Shown piece after piece: positions 53,996-64,000 of a stretch of DNA of 64,000 bases; the first letter of the stretch is position 1, and each line of letters starts with the position of its first letter. Origin of the DNA: Eledone cirrhosa (taxonomy: Eukaryota); contig CAXHJY010001576.1 of assembly GCA_964016885.1 (NCBI GenBank), positions 124,001 to 188,000 on the forward strand, in the 5' to 3' direction. The position numbers and the translations under genes were made by a program. Below the pieces are notes generated by a model, which was given only the letters and a program-made list of their open reading frames with translations, was not told where the DNA came from and did not search any database.

Positions 53996-54279
53996 TTTAT
54001 AGCTAATATTAAATGCAGATTAATATTTCTGTTGTAAAATCTCGTTGGATTTGAAACAGAAATACGAGACTCATCGAATAATCTTTCGTGAAATTCCACC
54101 AGTATTTAGGATGTAGGATATTTATGACTTGTACAAAAAGAAGTTTGAGTGATAGGGTTCTTTTTGTTTTCCAAGAAACATTATGGGCAGATAGACTGAG
54201 GGACAGACAGGCAGAGATATTGACAGTATTAACACACGTTCTTAGTATAGAATTACTTCTAAACATCACCACAAGGATA

Positions 54280-54708
54280 TTGTCCGAATGTGGAAGATCC
54301 GAACTCTCACTGTTATCGCCTCCATCTCTCTCGCCCTCCCATCTCTCTATATTGTGAGCAAATGGGGTCCCATGTGCTGTCCTCCCGACAGACCCGGCGG
54401 ACAGAATGGAGAAGGCGTTTCCCCGGAGGATAGTAAGGGAGATGCGTTGGTAGTGCTATTCCATCTCGCGAGGCTCACACATGCGGCTGGCCAGCTCAGC
54501 GCCTATGGTCGTGAGTAGGGAGGTAACCCTAGGGTCAAGGACACTGCCAAGAGCACGACCTGTCGGAGAGCGACCGGTACTTGGAGAGTTTGCCCTCCTC
54601 AGCCCGACGTGCTGCAGTGCAGAACCTGCGTTTGTCGCAGACTGCACCAGGTTGCAGCTGGAGAAAGTGTCGCTGCAAGTGACATCCCGGACGAGTATAC
54701 GGCTTTCG
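54280..54708 (-). mobile_element. CRE-like LINE 3' fragment, copy 4 (longest)
   Basis: RILVRDVTCSDTFSSCNLVQSATNAGS/AARRAEEGKLSKYRSLSDR...LLTTIGAELASRMCEPREME..QRISLTILRGNAFSILS shows the RLE-type DVT...E..K..KY pattern. Confidence 0.8.
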
Positions 54709-54877
54709 TGATCAACAAGGAATAACAAAATGAAGACGACGGTGATGATGTTGTTATCGATGACAACGATAATGATGATGAGCATAATTGTGGTGGCGAT
54801 GTTGGGGGTGATGGTAAAGATGATTGTGGAGCTGATGATGATGATAATGATGAAGATGATGCTGATAATAATAATAA

Positions 54878-55405
54878 TGGTTTCTATTTTTGGCACAAGG
54901 CCAGCAATTACCCAGTGTATTACTGGTACTTTATTTTATCGACCCCGTAAGGATGAAAGGCAAACTTAACCTCGGTGGGATTTGAATGGTTTCTAATTTA
55001 GGCACAAGGCCAGCAATTTCAGGGGAGAGGAATCGTTTAAACCGACCCCAGTTCATTAATGGGGCTTCAATTTATCGACCCCTTAAAGATGAAAGGCAAA
55101 GCTAATCTCGGCGGGATTTGAACTCAGAACATAAAGGGCCGTAACGCTCTGCTGCAAAGCATGCTGTCCGACGCTCTACCGACTCTGCCAATCCACCGCC
55201 CAGATAATGATAATAATAATTGTTTCTACTTTTGGCACAAGGCCAGCAATTATATCAGTGCATTACTGGTACTTTATTTCATCGACTCCGTAAGGATGAA
55301 AGGCAAAGTTTACCTCGGCGGGATTTGAAATCAGACCGTAAAGGGATGTAACCCTATGCTGGAAAACATGGCGTCCGACCCTCAACCGATACTGCAAATC
55401 CACCC
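54878..55405 (-). mobile_element. Cluster of three SINE family 1 copies
   Basis: 54878-54985 (truncated), 54987-55200 (long variant), 55218-55405. Confidence 0.9.
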
Positions 55406-55411
55406 CCCTTC

Positions 55412-55432
55412 ATGATAATAATAATAATCATA

Positions 55433-55465
<33 letters not shown>

Positions 55466-55711
55466 GTAACGTTACTGGCGGTGGTGATCAATATCCTGAT
55501 GATGATCATCATCGTTGTTGTTATCGTATTCATCATCATCATCATCTTAATCCTCATCAATATCACCATCATCATCATCATCGTCATTGTCATAAATCAT
55601 CATAAATCATCATCATCATCGTCATCATTATCATAAATCATCATAAATCATCATCATCATCATAAATCATCATAAATCATCATAAATCATCATCATCATC
55701 ATCATTATCAT

Positions 55712-55745
<34 letters not shown>

Positions 55746-55755
55746 AAATCATCAT

Positions 55756-55804
<49 letters not shown>

Positions 55805-55814
55805 AAATCATCAT

Positions 55815-55863
<49 letters not shown>

Positions 55864-55912
55864 AAATCATCATAAATCATCATCATCATCATCATCATCA
55901 TTATCATTGTCA
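55412..55912. repeat. (GAT)n flipping to (ATC)n with ataaatc punctuation
   Basis: Seen directly. Confidence 0.95.
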
Positions 55913-56567
55913 TGATGAAGAAAGGAAGAAATAAAATATAAATGTGAGAAAATATCTCTCCTGTGTCTTCCTGCTGTGAATAACTAGCTAGCTGCCTGTA
56001 TGCCTGCGTGAGCGCCTGTCTGTCTGTCTGCCTGCCTGGAAGAATTGGTTGGAATGGAAGAAATTGTAGAGGAGAAGGAAGAGCATTAACCGAGCTAGAA
56101 CTATCGATTGACACTGATTCTTAGAATTTTTATAAGGCTTTTTCTTTTCTAAATCTCTAAATCTTTCTTTGCTCCTTGCCACATCCCATAGTCACCCGTA
56201 CACACCCACTATCCGTCTTTCTCTCTCCCCCCTCGCTATGTTTTTCATTCACACACATACAGAGTCTCTACTTCTCTTTCTTCGATTCTCTTTTACTAAA
56301 ATACACACACTTGTATAAATTACTTTTGAAATATACGTACAGCCTTCAGATATAATTAAAGTTTATCTAAGTGGCATATGGTGTTACATTATGGCGGTTT
56401 AAAAGAGCTCAAACACAGACAATATACGTGCACAAACATATATACAGACACCACCTATATACGTACATATGTACATGCCTGTCTGCATATATGTGTATAT
56501 ATGTGTATATATATATATATATATATCAATGTGTGTATGTGTTTGTGTGTCTGTGTTTGTGTATATG

Positions 56568-56637
<70 letters not shown>

Positions 56638-56748
56638 GATTTACACAAACACAGACACACAAACACATACACACATATATAGTTCAAATTATGAAAAGTA
56701 CAGAGAACAATTACAGTCTTAATTATTTCATGCTCGTGGAAATATATA

Positions 56749-56840
<92 letters not shown>

Positions 56841-57028
56841 AATGTTAATTTACTGATTTCAATATTTAGAATGCGGTCATGCTGTATCACTGCATTCAAT
56901 TATTTTGATGCAAGTATTTCCATCTGAAATTTTATCGATTGGCTAAATTACCATTCTGACACAATGGACATGTACATACAAACATACATGTACATAGACA
57001 ACACACTCACACATATCTATCTATCTTC

Positions 57029-57104
<76 letters not shown>

Positions 57105-57108
<4 letters not shown>

Positions 57109-57775
57109 TAAATTGCATTTGTCATAATATTTTACACGTTTTTATTGTATGTAAACTTCCCCCTTTGTATTTGTCCCCTTCTTTTGTGCCCCTGTGGCTA
57201 ATAAAGAAACATATCTATCTATCTATCTATCTATCTGAAAGGTGGGTGAAAGTTGCGAGAATTGCCCGAGTGAATGGGCCTTCTCTCTATATCAGCCTGT
57301 AGGTTGAGGAAAAAGAGGAGTAGAGGAAGGGAGTACAAACTCTTCGTACTCCTGGAGATGAGGGTTGCACATTTTTTTTCGGGGGTATGTGTTACCCATA
57401 TGAAATGTCTCCCCCTATTGGGGAAAATCAACTAATTTTTAAATTGCATTTGTGATAATATTTTACACGTTTTTATTGTATGTAAACTTCCCCCTTTGTA
57501 TTTGTCCCCTTCTTTTGTGCCCCTGTGGCTAATAAAGAAATATATCTATCTATCTATCTATCTCACTGTCTGCCACCAGTCTAACAATCTCTCTACAACT
57601 AGATCCGAACTGTGTGTGAATGAAAATCTTACCGTTCGTATCTATCTCTCTATTTTATTTTATAGTTTATTGTTATTTATCTATGTAAATTATATGATTT
57701 TTATGTAAAACCCCCGCCGTCATATCTTGTCATGTCCCATTTCTAGTACGCCCTTGTGACAAATAAAGAAAGAGA
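57105..57775 (+). mobile_element. Three Tx1-like LINE 3' ends in a (TATC)n tract (57105-57210, 57233-57540, ~57640-57770)
   Basis: The middle copy encodes ERWVKVARIARVNGPSLYISL*. All three end in ...aataaagaaa followed by atctatc. Confidence 0.85.
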
Positions 57776-57802
57776 TCTATCTACTTATCTATCTATCTTC
57801 CA

Positions 57803-57856
<54 letters not shown>

Positions 57857-58909
57857 CGCGTGCGTGCGCGGGTGTGTGTGCGTTTAAGCATCATGTTAAT
57901 GATAAGTAGTAGCAGAAGTAGGTGCTGGGGAAGATATATATATATATATATATAATAAACGAGGATAGATTAGACTGAAAGAAAGAGAGAAGTTATATTG
58001 TAGGGTGAATGAAAAGATACACTAATATGGCCACCATCACCGCCATCACCATGTACATCACCGCCATCACCATGTACATCACCATCATTCCCATAACCAT
58101 CATCGTCATCACCATCACCACCATTACTATCACCATCGCCGTCATTCTGTTACATCACTGCCGCTGTTTTATTTCCCTTGAAAGATCCCGCTCCTTTTCT
58201 GTATATCGATTCATGCAGCAGCAAGTGCACTTCCGCCACGTCACATCCTTTCTATTCTCCTGCTACCTACTATCCTACCCCTACCACATGCTAGAAACTC
58301 CTCTCTCCCCTTTTAATGTGCGGTTTTCTAACGTAAATTCATCAATCTTATGTATAATTTCGTAATCAACCATGAATTTTAAGGGTTCTTGCTTAATTAT
58401 ATCTAATGGATTGTGGGAAGCGGGAGTAGGGATTTTTAATAAGGTGCAGTTTGATGCAGTATGGAGTCAGGAGATGTAGATGTATAATACATGCACTGCA
58501 CCACTAAATATATAATGTGTTGCAATAGCACAGCTAATATAGAGAAACTGTTTTCTTATAGAGTTGTATTGCATTGTTGTAATGTGGAGATGGGGTATAA
58601 GACATTATGGCTGTCTTAGTATAGCATGAATAGGCTGTTATAGTAAAGAGATAATGTTAGTAAGCCCCAATAACTTGTTATAGTACACACGTAAAGATTG
58701 TATGAATATATTGTTATAGTATAGCTATTCATGTTAGTATAGACTCAATGACTATATATAATATAGATATACTCATGAATATTGCATGCATATATTGTAA
58801 TATCATAGTGATAGAGTTTAGTATAAGACTCAGTAAATACTCATAATATAGAGACAATGTTAGTATAGCCTGAATAAATCATTATAATATTGTTCTGTTA
58901 GTATAGCAG

Positions 58910-59092
58910 GATGGAAGAATCGGTAGAGCGTTGGACACCATGTTGTAGCATAGAGTTATGGCCCTTTACGTTCTGAGGTCAAAACTCACCGAGGTTAACT
59001 TTGCCTTTCATCCTTGCGGGCTAGATAAAATAAAGTACCAGTAATGCACTGGGGAAATTGATGGCCTTGTGCCAAAAGTAGAAACAATTATT
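58910..59092 (+). mobile_element. SINE family 1
   Basis: Consensus match. Confidence 0.9.
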
Positions 59093-59682
59093 ATAGTATA
59101 TAGACAGTATCTCTTAAATATAGTTATAGTATAGAGACACGTAATAGTTTAGCTTGAATCTCATGTTATTGTACAGTGAGAGATGTTAGTACAACACGAA
59201 TACATTGTTTAATATAGTCCTGTTACTATACTCCTAAACTAGAAAGACAGATGTCAGAATATACTAAACAATTGTTATAATATTGTGACACGTGTTAGTA
59301 TAATCGCAACAGCTTTCTATACTAAAGTTCTGTTAGTATATCTTCCATATAGTATAGGTAACATAGTATATCCTCAATATAGTATACGTAAAACGGTACA
59401 GGGTTCTTTACTTGTTGTGGTGTTGTAAGGATGATATCCTGAAACACGACGTATCTCGGGCACTTTAAACATGGCAGAATCCATCCCTGTTTAGGTTGGA
59501 ACGTAGTCGATTTCATCCAGAGTAAGTTGGGAGTAAGATATGTGAGAACCGATTCCAGTACTAGATAGGTATTTCATTTGTCAACCTCAATGATAGGTGA
59601 AGAGCACAGGGAACCTGAAGAAATACTGAGGCATGTTTAATCTAGATAATGGTTCTGCAACCTTTTTGTTATTGTATAGTGA

Positions 59683-60009
59683 AGGCGCATGGCTTAGTTA
59701 GTAAATCACTGGGCTTGCAATCGGGAGGTTGTGCGTTCAATTCTCAGATCGGGTGATGTATTGTGTCCTTGAGCAAGACACTTTATTTCCCGTTGCTCCA
59801 GTTTACTCAGCTGTAGAAATGAGTTGCGACGTCACTAGTGCCAAGCTGTATCAGCCATTGCCTTCCCCTTGTAAAACGGAGAGGGGAGACTGGTATGCAT
59901 GGGTGACTGCTGGTCTTCCACAGACAATCTTGCCCGGATTTGTGCCTCGGAGGTCAACTTTCTAGGTGCAAATCCCATGGTCATTTGTGACCGAAGGGGG
60001 TCTTTACCC
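59683..60009 (+). mobile_element. SINE family 2 (tail type b)
   Basis: ggcgcatggcttagt head and tgtgtccttgagcaagacacttt core. Tail shared with 60975-61322. Confidence 0.88.
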
Positions 60010-60125
60010 ATAGTGACGTATATTAGTACAGCTCTAATAAATGTGCGATGTTTTATTATAAATTGTTATAGAAAAAAACTATTAGTATAGCATGAATAAA
60101 TTCTTATAGTATAGGGGCAGATAAG

Positions 60126-60432
60126 AATTGTTTCTACTTTTGGCACAAGGTCAGCAATTATCCCAGTGTATTACTGGTACTTTATTTTATCGACCCTATA
60201 AGGATGAAAGGCAAAGTTTACCTCGGCGGGATTTGAAATCAGACCGTAAAGGGATGTAACCCTATGCTGGGAAACATGGCGTCCGACCCTCAACCGATAC
60301 TGCAAATGCACCCCCCTTCATGATAATAATAATAATCATAATAGTTAACCTCGGAGGGAATTGAACTCAGAATGGCAAGGGCCGTAACTCTTTGCTGCAA
60401 ACATGGCGTCAGACCCTCTACCGATAATCCAC
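60126..60432 (-). mobile_element. Chimeric SINE family 1 pair
   Basis: 60126-60342 matches 55218-55434 including flank, then a different SINE head half follows at 60343-60432. Confidence 0.85.
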
Positions 60433-60974
60433 CAATAATGAAGACAGTACTATAGAGTACTAAATGTGTTTATTATTTAGTCAACTAAAAGCAGAATTGG
60501 TCATTATCGAAATCAAGCGCAATCAACAAGGTATGAGGACAGATGAAAATAGGTAATATTTTTAATGAATTAGCTGCTAATTAAATTTGATGCAAATCAT
60601 ATTAGACTATGAAGAGAAATAACAGCAAGTCCACTCTCAGTATGTGAACGACATATATATCGCTTTCCAGCTGCTATGTCTGGTTAATCCTTGCTATTTA
60701 CCCTACAAGCATTAAAGAGATAAAATAATAGAGTGAGCAGAGCAAAAATACATTTATAATGCTTAATTTTAACAACTGAATTGATAGGTACTATAAAGCG
60801 ATCATTTGATAACCAACGGATAGAGGGTTCTCGTCCTGTTGAATATTGATGATTTAGTTTTCAAAATTACAGAACGAAATATTTTTTGGAAAAGAGAATT
60901 TGTGTAGTGCCTAGATTCGAGAGATCGTCAAGGAGACGGAAGGAAAAAAAGACAGGCTACTTAAGAGTGATTAC

Positions 60975-61322
60975 CCATGGCTTAGTGGTTAGAGCATTAG
61001 TCTTATAATCAAGAATTATAGTCAGTTCGATTCTCGGACCAGGTGATGCGTTGTCCCCTTGATCAAGATACTTTATTTCACGTTGTTCCAGCTTCACTCA
61101 GCTGCAGAAATGAGTTGCAACGTCACTGGTGCCAAGCTGTATCGGCCTATGTCTTTCCCTTGGTCAAAATCGGTGGCGCGGAGAGGGAGGACGGTATGCA
61201 TGGGCTACTGCTGGTCTTCCACAAACACACACCTTGTCAGGACATGTGTCTCGGAGGGGAACTTTCTATGTGCAAATCCCATGGTCATTCGTGTCCGAGG
61301 GGGAGAGCCTTTGCTCTTTACC
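60975..61322 (+). mobile_element. SINE family 2 (tail type b)
   Basis: catggcttagtggttaga...gttcgattctc head. Body aligns with 59683-60009. Confidence 0.88.
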
Positions 61323-61497
61323 TAGAGATAATACATAATAAGCAAGGACCAGATATAGTTAATGTTAAGTGGGATAGCAGGAGTGGAAGAAGAAAACAAT
61401 GTTTTATGATTCGTATATTTTTTAGAGGCTTTGATGAGGAACGATTTGTCTCTACATGTATTATGGAATAAGGTATGTAATAAATCAAAAAGATATA

Positions 61498-61688
61498 TAA
61501 TAGTTTCTACTTTTGGCACAAGACTAGCAAATTATCCAGTACATTACTGGTACTTTATTTTATCGACCCCGTAAGGATGAAAGGCAAAATTAACCTCGGC
61601 GGGATTTGAACTCATATCCTAAAGGGCCGTAACTCTGCTGCAAAGCATGGCGTCCGACCCTCTACCGATACTGGCAATCCACAGCCCC
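61498..61688 (-). mobile_element. SINE family 1 with probable 12-bp TSD
   Basis: Consensus match with agatatataata on both sides. Confidence 0.9.
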
Positions 61689-63284
61689 TCAAATAGATAT
61701 ATAATAACTTCAGTATTATATCAATAAATGGTTATAGAAACCGCGATACTATTGGTCTTTTATACTTCTAACGCAATACGATATACAGGGAAAAGCAAAG
61801 TAAAATCACACAAATTTCTAGTAGTAACGGTTTACAAGCACTGCACGTAATGATATACAACAATGTATAGTCATATATTCCAAAGATGTGTTAGTGCAGC
61901 TCATTGAATAAATTAGTATTGTGCTACAAGAGTGTTTTAAATAATGATGCCTTCTTTATTGGTTCTTTCCTTAAGCAGTGTAATACGACAATATTTTGAT
62001 AATTATAAAAATAAATACTGTGATCACATTAAGACAGCTTGCTGTTGTGTCTTTCCTTAAGCGAAAATATTGTTTGCTTGTATTCTATTATTGTAAAGCT
62101 GTTTAACTATAATGTCGTCTGAATTATGTCTTGTGAACTAGAAAGCTGTGGCCACCGGATATTTTGTTGCTTATTAATAATAAAAAAAAAAATCTGAAAT
62201 TTGTCGCAAACTCTCCCCCAAGCAATTTATTCAGATGGATAATTAAATCTTTAGTTGAATAATGTAACCTTGTTGGCACTATATGGCAAAATTAAGACGC
62301 ATTCCATTTCGTGATGCTTCAAGTAGTGAAAGCTGTTTGCTACACTAAATCCTGTCAGTTGCATTGGATCTTTCCTGTGTAAGTTCTCTACTACCTTATT
62401 AATTCCATATGTACTTGTCACAGATTACATAGGTTCAATCACATATGTCAGATGCTGTTGAAGAGAATGCTTCGCTATGCTTTCTCACCAATTACTATGC
62501 TACAAGGTTTAAGATGTACTATTCATACTTCATACCGCCCCCAAAACCTCCGATCTGAGAGATCGCTCGCATGTTATGGCCACTACTTCTCTATAACAAT
62601 AAAACCTAAAACCCTATTTAGACTACCAGTCATCTGTTGAGCGTCTGTTGAGTTGTAGTAACTCTTATTTACTGTAAACTCGTAATCTAATAAATACTAC
62701 TTTTATACTGCACTAGTTTTAAGATTCTGCTGCATCAGTTATATGTTTCAATGAAGCCAGATTAAATTTTCAACTTATTCAACGAATGGATTTTCAACTT
62801 ATTCAATGCATGGATTTCACTTCGATTTCACAAATCAGACGTATAAACGGTTTAAAATGTATTCCCAAGTGCATAAGTGAGTTTGATCTCTTAAGAATAT
62901 TCAAAACATTACTGGGTTGGGAGAAAGATATAAATTGTATCCCAAAATAAAAATGTCTATGTAGATGATGTAAGTTGTATGAATGTTGATAAGAAAATAA
63001 AGCACTGTATGTGGATAAAACCCTGTGAATTGACACCGCAAACAAGATTTGGATTTCGTTCAGAGCTCTTCCACTTACAGCGATGAATAGTCCTCTAAAT
63101 CCTACCCATGATATTAACGAGTGAGTATTCCACTAACACGTGTATCTTTAGCGCAGTTATCCAAGATGTAGTAATGGTTAATTACTACACTGGATATGGT
63201 TGACGTACGGTAAGAGGTTACTCTACGAGTTATGGAAGAATTGTTCAAGAAACTTAGTTCCTGATCCTTCAGTATTCCGGAGTG

Positions 63285-63785
63285 TATATAAAGAATGAAT
63301 AATAACAGGTAGACATCATACAAAGGTAATTTATTCCGTGTGCTTACAAGTGTTTCCACGGTGGTACTGCAGCCTAGTTCCGCTACGTGCAAATTCACAA
63401 GTACTTGCAGAACTCGAATATCCAATGCTGTGACCACTGTTTCCTCAGAGCAGAATGGTAAATGTACAATGTAAAAACCCTTAAGTGGGGTTGTTGGGGA
63501 AGATAGAGTGGAACAGGAAGAGAGAAAAGTAGGGAAGAGGGAGAGAGAAGGAAAGATATGCAGGGGTTGGAGAAGTAGGAGAGAGTGGCTTGTAGATATC
63601 TTAATCAAAATGTTATGGTAGGGGTTTTCTCTGAGGAAGCAGTGGTCACAGCATTGGATATTCGAGTTCTGCAAGTACTTGTGAATTTGCACGTAACGGA
63701 ACTAGGCTGCAGTACCACCGTGGAAACACTTGTAAGCACACGGAATATATTACCTTTTTATGATGTCTACCTGTTATTATTCATT

Positions 63786-63795
<10 letters not shown>
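63285..63795. mobile_element. TA-bounded inverted-repeat element (~165-bp arms, ~178-bp purine-rich spacer), Penelope-like terminus candidate
   Basis: 63285-63450 is the near-perfect reverse complement of 63629-63795. Each arm contains a hammerhead core. Confidence 0.88.
63341..63452 (-). ncRNA. Type I hammerhead ribozyme with ~85-nt stem II domain
   Basis: Minus strand: tgct-CTGAGGA-aacagtggt...accaccgtg-GAAA-cactt-GTA-agca, then AATAAA. The mirror copy on + at 63629-63738 keeps only 2 bp of stem I. Confidence 0.68.
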
Positions 63796-63842
<47 letters not shown>

Positions 63843-64000
63843 TAGATAGATAGATAGATATACGTGATATTAATATATAAGGGAACAAAGAATCAGTATT
63901 GCATCATATACATCTTTAATTACATATTACATATGTTTCCCTGTCGATCAGCTCGAGGAACGATCTATTAATGATCGAACCTGACTCTGGAATCGGAAGT

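Noticed and set aside
59420-59460. aggat-gat-atcct-GAAA-cacgac-GTA hairpin
   Set aside because: No CTGANGA upstream and no stem I.
63114-63845. Two ORFs sharing the peptide VVTALDIRVLQVLVNLHV
   Set aside because: The shared peptide is a by-product of the inverted repeat and has no protein family resemblance.

Overview
This is repeat-dense, AT-rich eukaryotic DNA. Its SINE families match my recollection of octopus (coleoid cephalopod) repeats, but I could not check that by search. I found no host protein-coding gene I can support; nearly all long ORFs in the track come from microsatellites. About 1-22.5 kb is dominated by trinucleotide-derived mini/microsatellites, including a 106-bp x21 array, a perfect 30-bp x16 array and an ~80-bp x~23 array. 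About 22.5-64 kb is (TA)n/(CA)n/(GATA)n-rich and full of mobile elements: about 30 copies of a tRNA-derived SINE, a second SINE family, decayed Tx1-, RTE- and CRE-clade LINE fragments, pogo/Tc1-like MITEs and a Helitron 3' end. The most notable signal is a set of sequence-unrelated, (TA)n-bounded elements, several folded back as long inverted repeats. They carry type I hammerhead ribozyme folds: four well-formed ones at ~32.2, 33.9, 51.3 and 63.4 kb, plus decayed copies. This fits Penelope-like or retrozyme termini. A second signal is Tx1-clade LINE copies that sit within (TATC)n or (TAA/TAC)n tracts, which suggests microsatellite targeting. Everything was read by eye, so coordinates are approximate to a few bases.
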